A stretch of DNA of 64,000 nt from Phoronis australis (lineage: Eukaryota > Animalia > Phoronida). Positions 34,701-47,244 of the stretch are shown one piece after another (within the stretch, counting starts at the first letter, position 1; every line of letters starts with the position of its first letter). The stretch is from assembly GCA_002633005.1 (NCBI GenBank), contig NMRA01000228.1:561272-625271 (forward strand). Direction: 5' to 3'. A program made the position numbers and the translations under genes. Below the pieces are notes generated by a model. The model had not been told where the DNA came from and did not search any database. It was given only the letters and a program-made list of their open reading frames with translations.

Positions 34701-37700
34701 ACATTGCCTACAATTGAGGGGATATTTAGAACTTGCATTTTTGGGACCGAAAGTTAAATCAATACAGGTCACTTTTATGGAATTGTTTTCATGTTATCTG
34801 CTCAATAAAGTACTGTAAATGAAACAGAAATCTTTTCTTAACAAATGCTTATTTCATTGGCCACCTGCCTTTTAAAACCTTAAACTCACAACTTTACAAT
34901 GATACGCATGGTCATTCTAAACAGATCATTTGTGATCAGATTTTTAAGATTTTAGAATCCATTTTCCGTAAAGATGGGGATTAATTTTTAAAGTTCAACA
35001 ATACAAAGTTTTTGTCCAAATGCACACCCTGGGCTTATTAATGGAAACTTTTCCTTGTATTCACCTTATCTGTGTGTTTGTGGGCTTGTCTGCCGAGAAC
35101 TTCAGTTCACATGGACCTTCAAATTAACAGCTGTTCCCATGCACTGTTTGCGTCTTCTTACTCCAGGTTATGATGACATAATTGTCATGCGGTGAAGTGT
35201 TTAAAATATTCTTCCATTAGTTTGCATTGTATGCGCGTATTTAAGATCACCAAGCTGCAAGCTGCAATCAAGTATGAAGAGGAAGACCTGTCAAGTGCCA
35301 AGAGCCTGGTGGAACAGTCACCTGCAGACGACCCAGAGACCGAAGTCAACTTGGGCTGCTTGTTGTTCAAGGTGATACATCTGAATCTTGTTGTGCAGCA
35401 GGGGGCGTGCTGGTTGTGTGTGCGTGCGTGCGTGTGCGTGCGTGCGTGTGTGTGTGACAGCAAAGAAAATGTGCTATTAATACCACTTACAGAAAAGCAT
35501 CTTCTTGCAGGCATACACAAGCATATTTTCTCAACATAAAGCAAATTAGCTGTTGCACCTATGGAGGGCAAAATTTAAAAATGAGATAAAAGAGGCTTCA
35601 GATGGTTAAGCTAGCAAATGTTGTCAAAAGATATACTTGCTATTTGCTTACCATGTACATCCCAAGGTAATAGTTGAATTAGTTACACACACTCCATAGT
35701 TGTTAAGCTAAACTAAGGTGTTTACCCTCGTCTCACAGTTAATTGAATGTGATCAGTGGAAAGGCATTGATGGGTTGAGTACATTCGATTGATTCTGACA
35801 GATTTCATTGTAGGACAAATGGTAAGAGGGTTATGTGTTTGACAAGAGGTGACCGCATGGAAATGAAAGCATTTGTTGCCAAAGGAGTTCTGCTTGTGTG
35901 GTTGGAAAAAGTTTTCTTCAGTTTCAGTCCAGCGCAATGTTAATGTTACATAGAGGGGGTGAGGGGGTTCATTGGTCACGAGAGAGGATGTTGGAGATGT
36001 CTGAACAACCCCAAACTATGTGAAAGCTGATTTTATAAAATGACTAATTTCATGATAAAAATCAGTTTGTTCAAAAGAATGAAATCGGGCTCTCTACGAC
36101 CACTAATCACAATTTAACTATTGACAAGTTTTAGGCCTGAAAGTCTTATTGCAAACAAGTACACTGCTATAGTAGACTTATACTGTCTAAGTTATTAATG
36201 CGAGTATGAGCTTTGTTGATAAATCAGTCAATTCTCAATTGAATCTGTTGTCCTTACACAGGAGAAGCGGTATGAAGAGGCCTGTCAGAAGTTCACAACT
36301 GCCATGCAGGTGTTGGGTTATAGTCCCGACCTGTCCTACAACATCGCTCTGTGTAACTACATGTTAATGCATTATGCACCGGCTCTCAAACACATTGCAG
36401 ATATTATTGAAAAAGGAATCAAGGAACATCCAGGTTAGTTACACTGTTATACTTGTTGGTTATGTTATTTGGAATTCTAAAAACAACTGTAAGGTCTTTT
36501 TTGCTTAGTAATGACAATGCCATGGTGTTTGAATTAAAAAGATAAAAACCAGAGTATAGCAGTGGTTGGCAGTTTGTAACATGAATTGCTAAATTGGATT
36601 AACATCCAGTAAGCTTCGTTTATTGGGGTCACTTCACAATCAATAGACAAGTGAAACATTGGATAAATATACAGTTTGTTAACCACAACATTGTGAATTA
36701 CATTTGTTCTGTGGGCTGAAATTCTTCTTGGTGTTCTTCACATGTGTGGGTGCTTTTAAGGAACTAACTAAAAGTGTTGAGTGTATGAATTGTGAGCAGA
36801 CGTTTAGTCAATCATGGGTTTTAACGTGGACAACTATGGTATTATGTAACAAAGTTTGCTTATCTGGTTGAAATTTGAAAGCTGGGAAATCTCTTAACGA
36901 ACTAGCATACAACGGCATGCACATAACAAGTTCATCTGTATTTTAGACTAAATCAAAATAGACTATGATTTGGAGATCCTAATATAACAGTTCATTGGTG
37001 TGTTTCTAGAGCTCAGTGTTGGTATGACAACAGAAGGTATAGATGTACGGAGCGTTGGCAACACGTTGACCCTCCATGAGACTGCACTGATTGAAGCATT
37101 CAACCTGAAGGCCGCTATAGAGTACCAGTTGAAGAATTGTAAGTTAGGTCCTACATCAATAACAACATGGCTACTGCACTACTCAACATATTTAAGTTGG
37201 TCCCTTGTGAACGTGGCTCACCGGCCTGGTAATCTTTGTTTACTGTGAAACACTGCTCACCTCCTGCCAAACGTAGCTCACCTTCTGCTACTGTTCCAAA
37301 CTCAACAATATACAACTTACGCACCAAAAAACAGATCCAAGCTCACTGTCATAGCTGACTGACAGGCTCAATATGGTACATGGATGTTAGTTTGTGAGTC
37401 GGTGACCATGCCATATTTTTGGTTTTGTAAGCTATGTTTTGGTGAGTGAGCCCTTTCTTAGCCGGTTTCAAGTTTGTGAGTTGGTGAATTGAGTTCATCA
37501 GGCCCATGTGCCATGTTTCTAAGTAAGGAACTATGTTTATGAATGAGGGAGATCTGTTATCTTTACCACTTGTATATCTAAATGAATTTTGTCAAAATTG
37601 TGTTAATCTGTACTGTGTTTTTAATTGTTTTCTGCTCGTGTCATTAATGTTTCTACATTTCTTCAATGAAGCTGTTAAACCAGTGTTGAGTGTCATTCTA

Positions 37701-40700
37701 GAGAGCAATAGGATGTTAACTGAGTGTATAATCAATTGCATTGCAACTCGCATCTAGTGACTTTATTCTTATACACTCACTGTGTTGCCTGTCAATGGTT
37801 AGCTAACACATGACTACTTGTAGTTGACGCTGCATGTGAAGCCCTGACGGACATGCCACCCAGAGCGGAGGAGGAGCTTGATGCTGTCACTCTTCACAAC
37901 CAAGCCTTGATGAACATGAACAACAAACCCACACAGGGATTTGAGAAGCTACAGTTCCTACTGCAGCAGAATCCTTTCCCAATGGAGACATTTGGTAACT
38001 TACTCCTGCTTTACATCAAGTATGAGGTAAGACCGTCATGAGGTGAACAAAGATGTCATTTGTCAGCATCTGTTACAATGTTGTAGTTGAGATGCTTCTG
38101 GTATTGAAGGAACACCATCTAAATGTCAGGGCTTGGAATTATCCTCTTTTTAAAGGATTTCCTTTTTTTGGTTTTGACTTTCTCTTATTTTGATTTCCAG
38201 TTTCCTCTTTTTTCATCTCCTTTTTTATCATTATTTTGACTTTGTTCATGCAAAACACATTTTTTGCAGTTAAATTTTACAACAGTAAAAATGTTTCTAT
38301 CACACAAGCCTATTCATCTGAAGAACGATACATCCCCTGGAAAAAATTCCTCTTTTTGTCATGGGTCATTCCAAGCCCTAATATGTGATTAGTAGTATGG
38401 GCACGTGACTGCAATCAGTTATGGCAGCTGAAATTCGATGAAGTTTATCAACGAGTTTTACATTGTAGCAGTTGTGATGTAGAGGCTGATTATCATGAGA
38501 TAATCGTTGATAGTGAAACAAGTATTACTATGGACTGAGTTTGAATAGTGTCACAGTCACAAAAATACTTTTTAGATTTGAGTTTCGATTGGTTGTTTTT
38601 GAGATACTGTAAAATTACTAAATGACAAATTGGGCTAATGGTGAGACCCATGTAGTATATACTGAACAGTTTTCATGTTTGACACGCTTGTAGATGTATC
38701 TCATAATCCAACATTCAGTGGTTGCCATTTTGATGAGATGGGCTAGTTTACCCAGAGCATACTCACGAGACATTCGCCTTTCATTCGCATGATTTTGCAA
38801 GGTCTTGGGAGATCTTACTTTTCTCACAGGAAGCTTGGTCTGTGCAACGCTACCTAATACTTGGGTGGTACCTGTAGCTGTGTTTCATTCAGGTTATAAT
38901 GTTGCTGACAACATTAACGCTGTTTTCCAGTGCTGTTGACATCGTCCAAACAATCCGTAGTTAATATTAAGACTGTGGACTGATTTCTTAAGCAGGCCCC
39001 AGATTCCTAATCTGCACATCATGTGTTTCAGTACTATGACCTGGCTGCAGATGTGCTCGCTGAGAATGCCCATCTTACTTTCAAGTATTTGACAACAGTA
39101 AGTAAATGAATTACCTTCTGCATAAATGACCATGGCAAACGCTTCCGTTTCTGCCTGTTTTCAACCCTACAGACATGCACATTGTCACGCTCTGTTTGCA
39201 AGGTCTGTGGTTGGAAATGACTTGAGTAGTATATGTGAGTGGTGTTCATGCTATGTTCATTTAAATAATTTTCATTACTGACCAGACTCGATGACCTGCT
39301 GTTTCTCAATGCCCTGTACTTACAATGGTGCGTACTAATCAGTCAATGTTTGGATCTGTTACTTCTGAGTCATAGTGAAGTTTTGTAACCTTTAACCTTT
39401 TTAGGAGCCCATGTGTATGTTTCTGGGTACATATTGTCATCATCTCTGTATTTTTACGTTTACCACTGTATCTCTGGAGTTAGTGACAGATTTTCAGGAA
39501 ATTTGTCAAATAGTTTTCTATTATAGGGACAATGACACCTTCCACTTTTTATGGGTTCAATGTATTCTGCACCATGTAGTGGCCATTTTTATGATCCAAA
39601 TAAACACTTAGAAGCATGCCGTTTGTGGTGCGGTTATGGGCGCATTTAAACGCTTTGCATTACTCTTGTTCCAGTACTTGTATGACTTTTTGGAAGCTGT
39701 GATAACCCGTCAGACGTCTCCAGAGGAAGCGTACCGTAAACTGGATGAATTGGCGTCCAAGCAGACGGAACAGCTGCGCAAACTGACGAAACAAGTACAG
39801 GAAGCACGAATGAACCATAATGATGATGGTGTAAAGAAGTCAGTGAATGAGTATGATGAAACTCTCGAGAGGTTAGTGCTAGCTACAATCTACCAATTTT
39901 CGACACCTTTTCACCCTAATTTTAATCCCATATGAATTCCATAATTTTTTTGTCAGAGACATTTGTGATGTAATCAAATATTTATGTCAGCAAATGGAAA
40001 ATTGATTAATGATTTAAATTTTACCAGCGTTAAGGTAGGTGGATACACAAAAAAATTATTTTTGACTGTTTTTTACATTTTTATGTCATCCTAATCTTTA
40101 ATTCTTGATGTACAGTATACTGAAGAAAAATGAAATCATTATGAAAATCCAAAGTTGTTTTTTAGCTATATTTGACCAAGCCTCAGTAAGTCATATGGCT
40201 TGAGTGCTCACCAGCTAAGTGATTGACAACTGGGGCGGAGCTTATATACAAGGACACTAGCTCTAATCTAACCCTGTCAACAAGCATTGCGTAACCGGGC
40301 AATCGAGAGTGCTGTACCAGCTGATATTGGTGTTGTAGCAAGACCAAGAATAAAATAATTCTATTTTTGACCATGTGAAAGTTGGTAGTGAAATGGTGAA
40401 CTAGCTCCTGTTCCGAGCCTGAGCCTGTTTGTCTATCTGCAAANNNNNNNNNNNNNNNNNNNNNNNNNNNNNNNNNNNNNNNNNNNNNNNNNNNNNNNNN
40501 NNNNNNNNNNNNNNNNNNNNNNNNNNNNNNNNNNNNNNNNNNNNNNNNNNNNNNNNNNNNNNNNNNNNNNNNNNNNNNNNNNNNNNNNNNNNNNNNNNNN
40601 NNNNNNNNNNNNNNNNNNNNNNNNNNNNNNNNNNNNNNNNNNNNNNNNNNNNNNNNNNNNNNNNNNNNNNNNNNNNNNNNNNNNNNNNNNNNNNNNNNNN

Positions 40701-43700
40701 NNNNNNNNNNNNNNNNNNNNNNNGCTATTTGCGCAGAAAGTGATATTTTCTTATCCCAAAGTCCATTCGGTACAGGCACGTAAAAATGTTGAACCATTAC
40801 TATGAAAGTAGTTCTTTATCCTCGTCGCCAACATTGTTATGTAGGCAGTAACGCGGCGATTTGATATAACACATATATTGTTTGATGATAATATTGGAAT
40901 ACTAACAAATAGGTCTGTTTAATATAGTTAGAGAGTCTTTTACAAACTGAGTGGAGAGTTCAGATGAATCGTATAAACAATCAACACATGGTCGGCACAC
41001 CAGTACAGCAGACAATAGATCAACGCTAAGCTCCGCCCACGTGACAGCCATATTTGTTTTGGTCGTCTGTCGTGCTTCACAAGTTCGAAAAAATGATTAA
41101 AATTACGCTGTAAATAAACAGGTATGTCACATTTTCTAAATATGAAGTAAATATCAGCTGAATTTCTAGTACTTCAACAAAAATTGGAACATAATGACCA
41201 CGCATTCTGAACGAAATTTGATCTCAAGTGGCAATCGATGACCACTTAACTTCAAAGCCGTTTTTCTCGGCTCGTGATTTCAGGATAGTGACAAGATTCT
41301 CGGGCCTATTTTTCCACAACACGTGGGTCAATTTTTACGAAAGTTGCAAATTTGAAATCCTCTAGGACTGAAGTAAAATCGCGTGCCAGGGTTTTTCGAT
41401 AAATGGACCAGATTTTTAGTTATTAGATGGAAAGTGACCAAACGACAAAAAGTGGCGTGCTTGCCCCAACTCACTCACAAAAAATGCCACAAAATCAAGA
41501 TCATAATGATTTTGTATATATATTTGGTGTGGATAAGTAAAATATTGCGTAAGGAAACAGTTGATGATGATCCCTGTGCATTTTGAAAAAAAAATTCGAG
41601 GTAAAATTGGATTTTTTGAAAATTAAAAAATACGATTTTTTAAAAAAACGAACTACAAAAAAAACTTTTTCGATTTTTGTCACTTTCAGAGTCACGTCTA
41701 ACTGGTTAAAACTCCCTTTTTACTCATTTTAGTTAGGAACCTGGAGATTTGATCAGTGTATACACCTACCTTAAAGGACAATTCACTTAACTCACAGAAA
41801 TGTTGTGTAGCCACAACAATAAGAATGTCCCTGGATATAGCTGATTTGCTAATAAGTGAAAATTTATTCATAAGGAAATAATAATTATTTTCAGTCAAAT
41901 ATAATATATTTTCCTACTTCAAATTCATTTTTCAAAGTAATCGTCCAGACCACGTGCGAGTTTCCCAATGGAACAGGGAAATTGGGACAAAATCACTATG
42001 TTGTTGCATAACTTTACATAAAGTAGTCCTGCACATGGAGAATCAGTATGAAATCTTACAAACCTCAAGTGGATAACCTGCTGTGCAAGCATGACCTCAA
42101 CAGAAGTTGAACAAAAATTCAGCTTATCTCCCATGTATTTGTCAGGTACATCCCTGTTCTCATGCAACAAGCTAAGATATACTGGGACCGAGAGAACTTC
42201 TGGCAAGTAGAGAGAATATTCCGCAAGTCTGTCGAGTTCTGTAACGAGCATGATGCCTGGAAGCTCAATGTAGCTCATGTGCTCTTCATGCAGGAGTCAA
42301 AGTTCAAGGAAGCTATTGGATTTTACGAACCTATCGTCAAGAAGCATTATGACAATGTAAGCTTTTGATTAACTATTAGTTCTGTACCTTCGGGGTAAAG
42401 CATAATATAAATAATACGATTAATCATCCCAGCAGTATATTTTGACCAGTGAATTAAACAGTTTTTTCACGCCTATTATGTTCACATAAATAAATGCTTT
42501 GATTCATTAATTCATTTTGCAGCATGTTTAACCTGTTTGTCATTTATTAGTCTGTTGAAACTTTTATTGCACATAACGTGGGCATACAACTGGTATGGCT
42601 ATGTGTTGAGACATGGTCATTGTTATTGGTTTGATTGTGCACCTCTTGGAAGGGAGAATTTTCGTTCGAAAATAAAGCGTGTGTATGTTGGGAGTAGAAT
42701 ATTTTGATGTGTGAAACACCGTCTCTGTCGTTTTTTATCTCAATTTGGGACAGCAGATTAAAGCTTGCTCAACATGACTTATCAAAGCTTGCTCAATATG
42801 ACTTATCAAGAAAGTAGAGGAAAATGCAAAATGCATGTGAAAGAGATGACATAATGGATGTTAATCACTTATAGCCATTTACAGAATTTAATAAAAGTCT
42901 TAACTCAGTGTGGCTATTTCAAAAATGTTGAAATCTCTCAAGCAGTGATCATATATATGTACGGAATAAGAAAGTATTTATTAAATTGAACTTGTGTGCA
43001 TTCTGCAAAACAAGTCACTTGCAAGACCATGCTAAATCACACTAAATAACGCGAGTGAAAGGCAAGTGTTTTGCTACGAAGCTCAAGACCTTGCTAGCAC
43101 TGACCAACAAAATGGCCACTGGTGAAAGGATTGGTTGGCGAGGCTAGAGTATTGAATTCACAGCTTATGTTTCTTAAACAAAGATTTTTCACCGTAAGTG
43201 TCTCGTGAATGTCTTGCATTTCACAAACACACCCATGATTGCGTTGTCAGGTTTGCATATCTGTACCTTGTCTCTTTAAATTGCAGATCCTGAGCGTCAG
43301 CGCCATTGTATTGGCTAATTTGTGTGTGTCCTACATTATGACAAGTCAGAATGAAGAGGTGGGTTTGTTGGTGTTGACATCACCATTACTAGGCTCACAT
43401 GAGCGGAGAAATTGCTAGTGCTTCAGCCAGACAGATAAGCTGTTCACGAAGAGATAATTTCTGCAAGTAGTTAATACTTTGTTTCTTCACCACCCAAGTT
43501 GTTTTTAAGTGAAAATTGATGTTGAAACGTGTTCACTTTCTGCCATAAATTAATTGATGTGATGATAGAACAAAGGCCTTTAAACCCTGCGCATGTGTGT
43601 TCTTTGAAATAAGTGGTCTGGCTACTAAAGCGCTAGCGAATAAACCAAAGGTTTTGGGGTAACTCAAATCTCTAGCGAAGCACCAGCAAAAGTGATCCAT

Positions 43701-46700
43701 GTGACCGTTCACATTACTGGCATTTTTGCAGCTAGCAAAAGTGCTAGTGAAAACGCTGGTGTTTTAGCCAGCATGTGAACTGAGCATGCTCATTCTGAAT
43801 AATGGATCCACTTCACTGTAGTGGCTGCCATGACACCACGACAATACAAGTTTGGAAATATAGACCTTGAGTGCTGGAAGCTGCTGGTCTTAGTGTTTGG
43901 CGCCATCTAGAGATCATTCTGCATCCAACCTCATGTACATGAACCTCAGTGTTAAAATGGTAACCTGTTACATACATTACTTGCTTTGTTGCAAAGAGCA
44001 ACGAATTAGTGAATATTAAAATACCTTACACAAACACTGCAAGTGTGGCTAGTCAAATTGCCACTGTAGACTGGAGCGAACAGACGTTAGAGGCAGTTTG
44101 CTCAGCACATAATTGCTTGCTGTACGTAAGAAACACGAGATGTTTGGCGTGCTTGGTAGTAACTGAAATTAAAATATTCCAAGTATTTGTTGGCACTTCC
44201 TTTACAAGATCATACTCTTTGTTGCCATTCTGAGCAGCTATGCTTAAGTTACCACTTAAAGTTAACCATTTGTATGCAATCAAAAGGGAAGTTTCCTGTT
44301 GGGTAGACAGGCCTTCTCATAGACCAAGAGGGCATTCTCAGTAAATTGTGCTTTCATCATAAGTACACTTCTTGTCTGACAAGCTGCTCTTCTTGTCTCA
44401 TGAACTGCAATAGCAGCTGTCCATATCTTGTGTGGTGCATAACCATGCTCACAAATACAATTCTATTCTCATAACTACACATGTTACCAGTTGTAGTGTA
44501 GTGATAGATTTGATGCAGCGTACTAAGCACGTACTGCATAATTTCAAGCTCGTAAAACTTGACTCTCCTGTCAGACTAGTTAAGAAATATATTTCAGAAG
44601 AATAGAATTATTTGCAGTTTACGAGAAAAGAACTGCAATTATGAAAAATGTGTTTTTATGCTTTCTGGTCAAGGAAAAATTACTTTCCAAGGAAATGGGT
44701 GTGACGTTTTCAATCAGTGGGTTTTCTTCAGTGTGCTTTCTTGTAAGTAAACTTAGTTGCTCAAGACAAGAACTGTGTCAATGGAAAAGGTCTGCTGCCT
44801 ATGAGAACGGTCGTGTGGACAGTAAAGAATGAGCAAGATTGTCTCTCCTTATGGTCTGGTCCATTTTGTTCACTGAATACTTCTCTCAGTACTGGCNNNN
44901 NNNNNNNNNNNNNNNNNNNNNNNNNNNNNNNNNNNNNNNNNNNNNNNNNNNNNNNNNNNNNNNNNNNNNNNNNNNNNNNNNNNNNNNNNNNNNNNNNNNN
45001 NNNNNNNNNNNNNNNNNNNNNNNNNNNNNNNNNNNNNNNNNNNNNNNNNNNNNNNNNNNNNNNNNNNNNNNNNNNNNNNNNNNNNNNNNNNNNNNNNNNN
45101 NNNNNNNNNNNNNNNNNNNNNNNNNNNNNNNNNNNNNNNNNNNNNNNNNNNNNNNNNNNNNNNNNNNNNNNNNNNNNNNNNNNNNNNNNNNNNNNNNNNN
45201 NNNNNNNNNNNNNNNNNNNNNNNNNNNNNNNNNNNNNNNNNNNNNNNNNNNNNNNNNNNNNNNNNNNNNNNNNNNNNNNNNNNNNNNNNNNNNNNNNNNN
45301 NNNNNNNNNNNNNNNNNNNNNNNGAAGTGTCATCATAAAAATTGCCAGACTTGTTCCTGCCAAGAAGACTCCAACGTCTAATCTAACTACTGTGTGGTGC
45401 ATCCTACTGGTAGTTCATTATTTGCTCCTTTATCTGTATCTTCTTAAAACCCTTGCAGGATCTTTGTGAAGTTTGGCAAGTAGTGAAGACAACTTTCATA
45501 CAGACCCAACTGCCGTTGTGCCCTCTAGTGGCAATTTTATTTTTTTTTCAATTTTATCACAGTCTGTATCTTTAGAGTTCCTGGACAGATTCTCATGAAA
45601 TTTTGTAAGTAGGTTTCGATTAAAGAGACGATGACATACTTCCGTTAGCAGTTGAATTTGTTGTATTCTGCACAACCTTATGGCCATTTTCATCACACTA
45701 ATTGACTCTCTTAGAAGCATACCATTTGAAGTGAAGTCATAGGTGCGTTTTAATGCTTTGCGTTGCTCTTTGTTTTCTTAATTTCCTGCCACTTATTCTT
45801 GAGTCTCTCGCATACATCTTTTCTTGTTTTCATCCATTTCCTAATGTTAGTAAATGATCATAAACCAACCGTGTATTAAACATAGTCCATTACGCCACCA
45901 TTCTTTATCTTTCAGTACCTTGTACTGTGCTAAAGGCAACTACGAGTTTGGCATATCTCGTGTGATCAAGAGCTTGGAGCCGTACCAGAAGAAACTTGGG
46001 ACGGACACTTGGTTCTATGCCAAGAGGTGTTTCCTGTCACTGATTGAGAACATGGCCAAGCACATGATCATGTTGAGAGACAGCGTGGCTATGGAAGCTA
46101 TCCAGTTCTTAGAGCATTGTGAGAGTAAGTACTCATCTATTGTCTCTCTATGCATATTGAAGTTGAGATAGAAGGCTACCTTCATTACCAAGGATGGAAT
46201 TTATTAAATTACGTTTTAAGTATTACAATTAAACCCTTTAAACTACACATTTTTAAAATCCTTAATGACCTCAGAATTGTATAATGTGTGCAAAAGCAAT
46301 GTCCAGATGTTTGTAATCACTTGATTATTTTTTTTCAAAAATTGTACAGAAGTCGCCGTATATTCCACGGTCATGTTTTTCTTCCCACTAAACCTGCAAA
46401 TTATGTTTCTATTGTATTTTATTACCTACGAATGCCAGTCTGTGATTTTCCTTTAAGGGGTTTTAGCCTGGGAATTCTGCAGTCAAAAATGAAGACGTTC
46501 TCATTTCGTGAAAGAACTCAAATATGCGCTTTCATCACAATATGGTGGCACCTCTATGAGGCTTACCTGAAATTAACTCTGAGCCAATTTATTTCATTTT
46601 GATTTGGACAATTGCTCACATTCAAAGTTGCACTGATTGTGTAGTTTTATCAAGAGCTTTAAGGTAATGAACTACCATGGTTACCAAGAGTCAATTTTGT

Positions 46701-47086
46701 TAAAGAACTTAAGTTATAATAATAACAGACCCATAAAACTATATATTCTTTTAAAAACCTTTGAAGATCATAGAATCTTATGTGTGTGAAAGCAATGCCT
46801 AATGTTCATAATCACATGATTTTTTTCTCAAAAATCTTGATTTTTCATGGAGGTCACTTTTCATGAAACGGACCCCAGGTGTTTTCGTTGGAGGTTTTTT
46901 AAGTGAAACTTTGTTTTTGGTTTTACTTTTGATTAATGGTCAAATTTTTCTGAATTTCCAGTGTATGGCCGGGATGTCAAGACAGTTGTGGAGCAACCAT
47001 TGGAGGAAGAAACTTTGCACCCTGGGAAAAATACTGTCACTTATGAAGCCCGCTTTTTGAAAAACTTGTTGCTTCAGCTAATATAA
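28679..47086 (+). CDS. TTC30: tetratricopeptide repeat protein 30 / intraflagellar transport 70 (fleer/dyf-1)
   Basis: 13 visible GT-AG exons in consistent phase match TTC30 along its length (SRAALSLLGYCYY, MTTEGIDVRSVGNT, MPPRAEEELD, LYCAKGNYEFGISRVIKSLEPY). One expected exon is not seen, probably in gap 44897-45323. Confidence 0.96.
29054..29938. mobile_element. foldback element with ~240-bp inverted arms; nested element at ~29356-29678
   Basis: 29054-29296 is the reverse complement of ~29695-29938; the centre has its own short TIRs (TCTTTAAATAGGCCAAAGGT / ACCTTCGGCCTGGTTAAAAGA). Confidence 0.8.
29945..31170 (-). mobile_element. 5'-truncated LINE reverse transcriptase remnant (CR1/L2-group)
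   Basis: HKLNKYGISG...WIKSFL...VPQGSVIGPCLFLLYIND...RLFADD...KYLGITISHDLKW...LGFLRRN; frameshifted. Confidence 0.9.
30701..30960. mobile_element. MITE, 15-bp perfect TIR, 5-bp TSD TGATT, inserted in the LINE
   Basis: TGATT-CATGCGCGCACCCAG ... CTGGGTGCGCGCATG-TGATT. Confidence 0.92.
31551..32073. mobile_element. second foldback element of the same family, palindrome centred on TATGACGTCATA
   Basis: Ends AGACAGTGACCACC / GGTGGTCACTGTCT; arms similar to 29054-29938. Confidence 0.7.
32841..32906 (+). CDS. TTC30: TTC30 exon 2
   Basis: cag|IKDQKYGEAVQILNNELQKYPS|gtaagt. Confidence 0.9.
32961..33184. repeat. 28-bp minisatellite, ~8 copies
   Basis: Unit GTTGTATTGAGGTTAGGTGAGACCTCAT, contiguous, no spacers. 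Confidence 0.95.
33644..33853 (+). CDS. TTC30: TTC30 exon 3
   Basis: cag|SRAALSLLGYCYYQ...DNTSYSTK|gtac. Confidence 0.95.
35246..35371 (+). CDS. TTC30: TTC30 exon 4
   Basis: aag|ITKLQAAIKYEEEDL...VNLGCLLFK|gtgat. Confidence 0.9.
36262..36433 (+). CDS. TTC30: TTC30 exon 5
   Basis: cag|EKRYEEACQKF...ALKHIADIIEKGIKEHP|gttagt. Confidence 0.94.
37010..37138 (+). CDS. TTC30: TTC30 exon 6
   Basis: tag|ELSVGMTTEGIDVRSVGNT...AIEYQLKN|gtaag. Confidence 0.95.
37824..38026 (+). CDS. TTC30: TTC30 exon 7
   Basis: tag|DAACEALTDMPPRAEEELD...LLLLYIKYE|gtaaga. Confidence 0.95.
38127..38380. mobile_element. MITE, CAGGGCTTGGAAT-TIR family
   Basis: CAGGGCTTGGAAT ... ATTCCAAGCCCTA; flanks AAATGT/ATATGT. Confidence 0.75.
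39032..39097 (+). CDS. TTC30: TTC30 exon 8
   Basis: cag|YYDLAADVLAENAHLTFKYLTT|gtaagt. Confidence 0.94.
39400..39670 (+). mobile_element. short HINE family 1 copy ending 4 nt before TTC30 exon 9
   Basis: GCACCATGTAGTGGCC unit and 3' end GGGCGCAT...AACGCTTTGCATTACTCTTGTT. Confidence 0.65.
39675..39871 (+). CDS. TTC30: TTC30 exon 9
   Basis: cag|YLYDFLEAVIT...VNEYDETLER|gttagt. Confidence 0.95.
40034..41770. mobile_element. non-autonomous DNA transposon, TTAA TSD (Kolobok-like); spans a gap
   Basis: TTAA-GGTAGGTGGATACAC ... GTGTATACACCTACC-TTAA. Confidence 0.75.
42146..42356 (+). CDS. TTC30: TTC30 exon 10
   Basis: cag|YIPVLMQQAKIYW...EPIVKKHYDN|gtaag. Confidence 0.95.
43287..43358 (+). CDS. 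TTC30: TTC30 exon 11
   Basis: cag|ILSVSAIVLANLCVSYIMTSQNEE|gtgggt. Confidence 0.94.
45324..45775 (+). mobile_element. HINE family 1 3' fragment
   Basis: GTGCCCTCTAGTGGCAA unit and 3' end GGTGCGTTTTAATGCTTTGCGTTGCTCTT. Confidence 0.65.
45916..46124 (+). CDS. TTC30: TTC30 penultimate exon
   Basis: cag|TLYCAKGNYEFGISRV...QFLEHCE|gtaagt. Confidence 0.95.
46962..47086 (+). CDS. TTC30: TTC30 terminal exon
   Basis: cag|YGRDVKTVVEQPLEEETLHPGKNTVTYEARFLKNLLLQLI*. Confidence 0.94.
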
Positions 47087-47238
47087 TTGTGAAGTTTGTA
47101 TTAACTTTGTGTCAGTTTGTATTAACTTTGTGTCAGTTTGGGTGTGCTAAAAGGCTCTACATGTATCTCTCAGAACTGGTTGTATTAAGTCCTATAATTT
47201 CACTGATGCGCTTCATTCGTATATTTATGTGCATATGA

Positions 47239-47244
47239 AATAAA
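47239..47244 (+). terminator. candidate polyadenylation signal of TTC30
   Basis: AATAAA ~150 nt after the stop, followed by GT/T-rich sequence. Confidence 0.6.
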
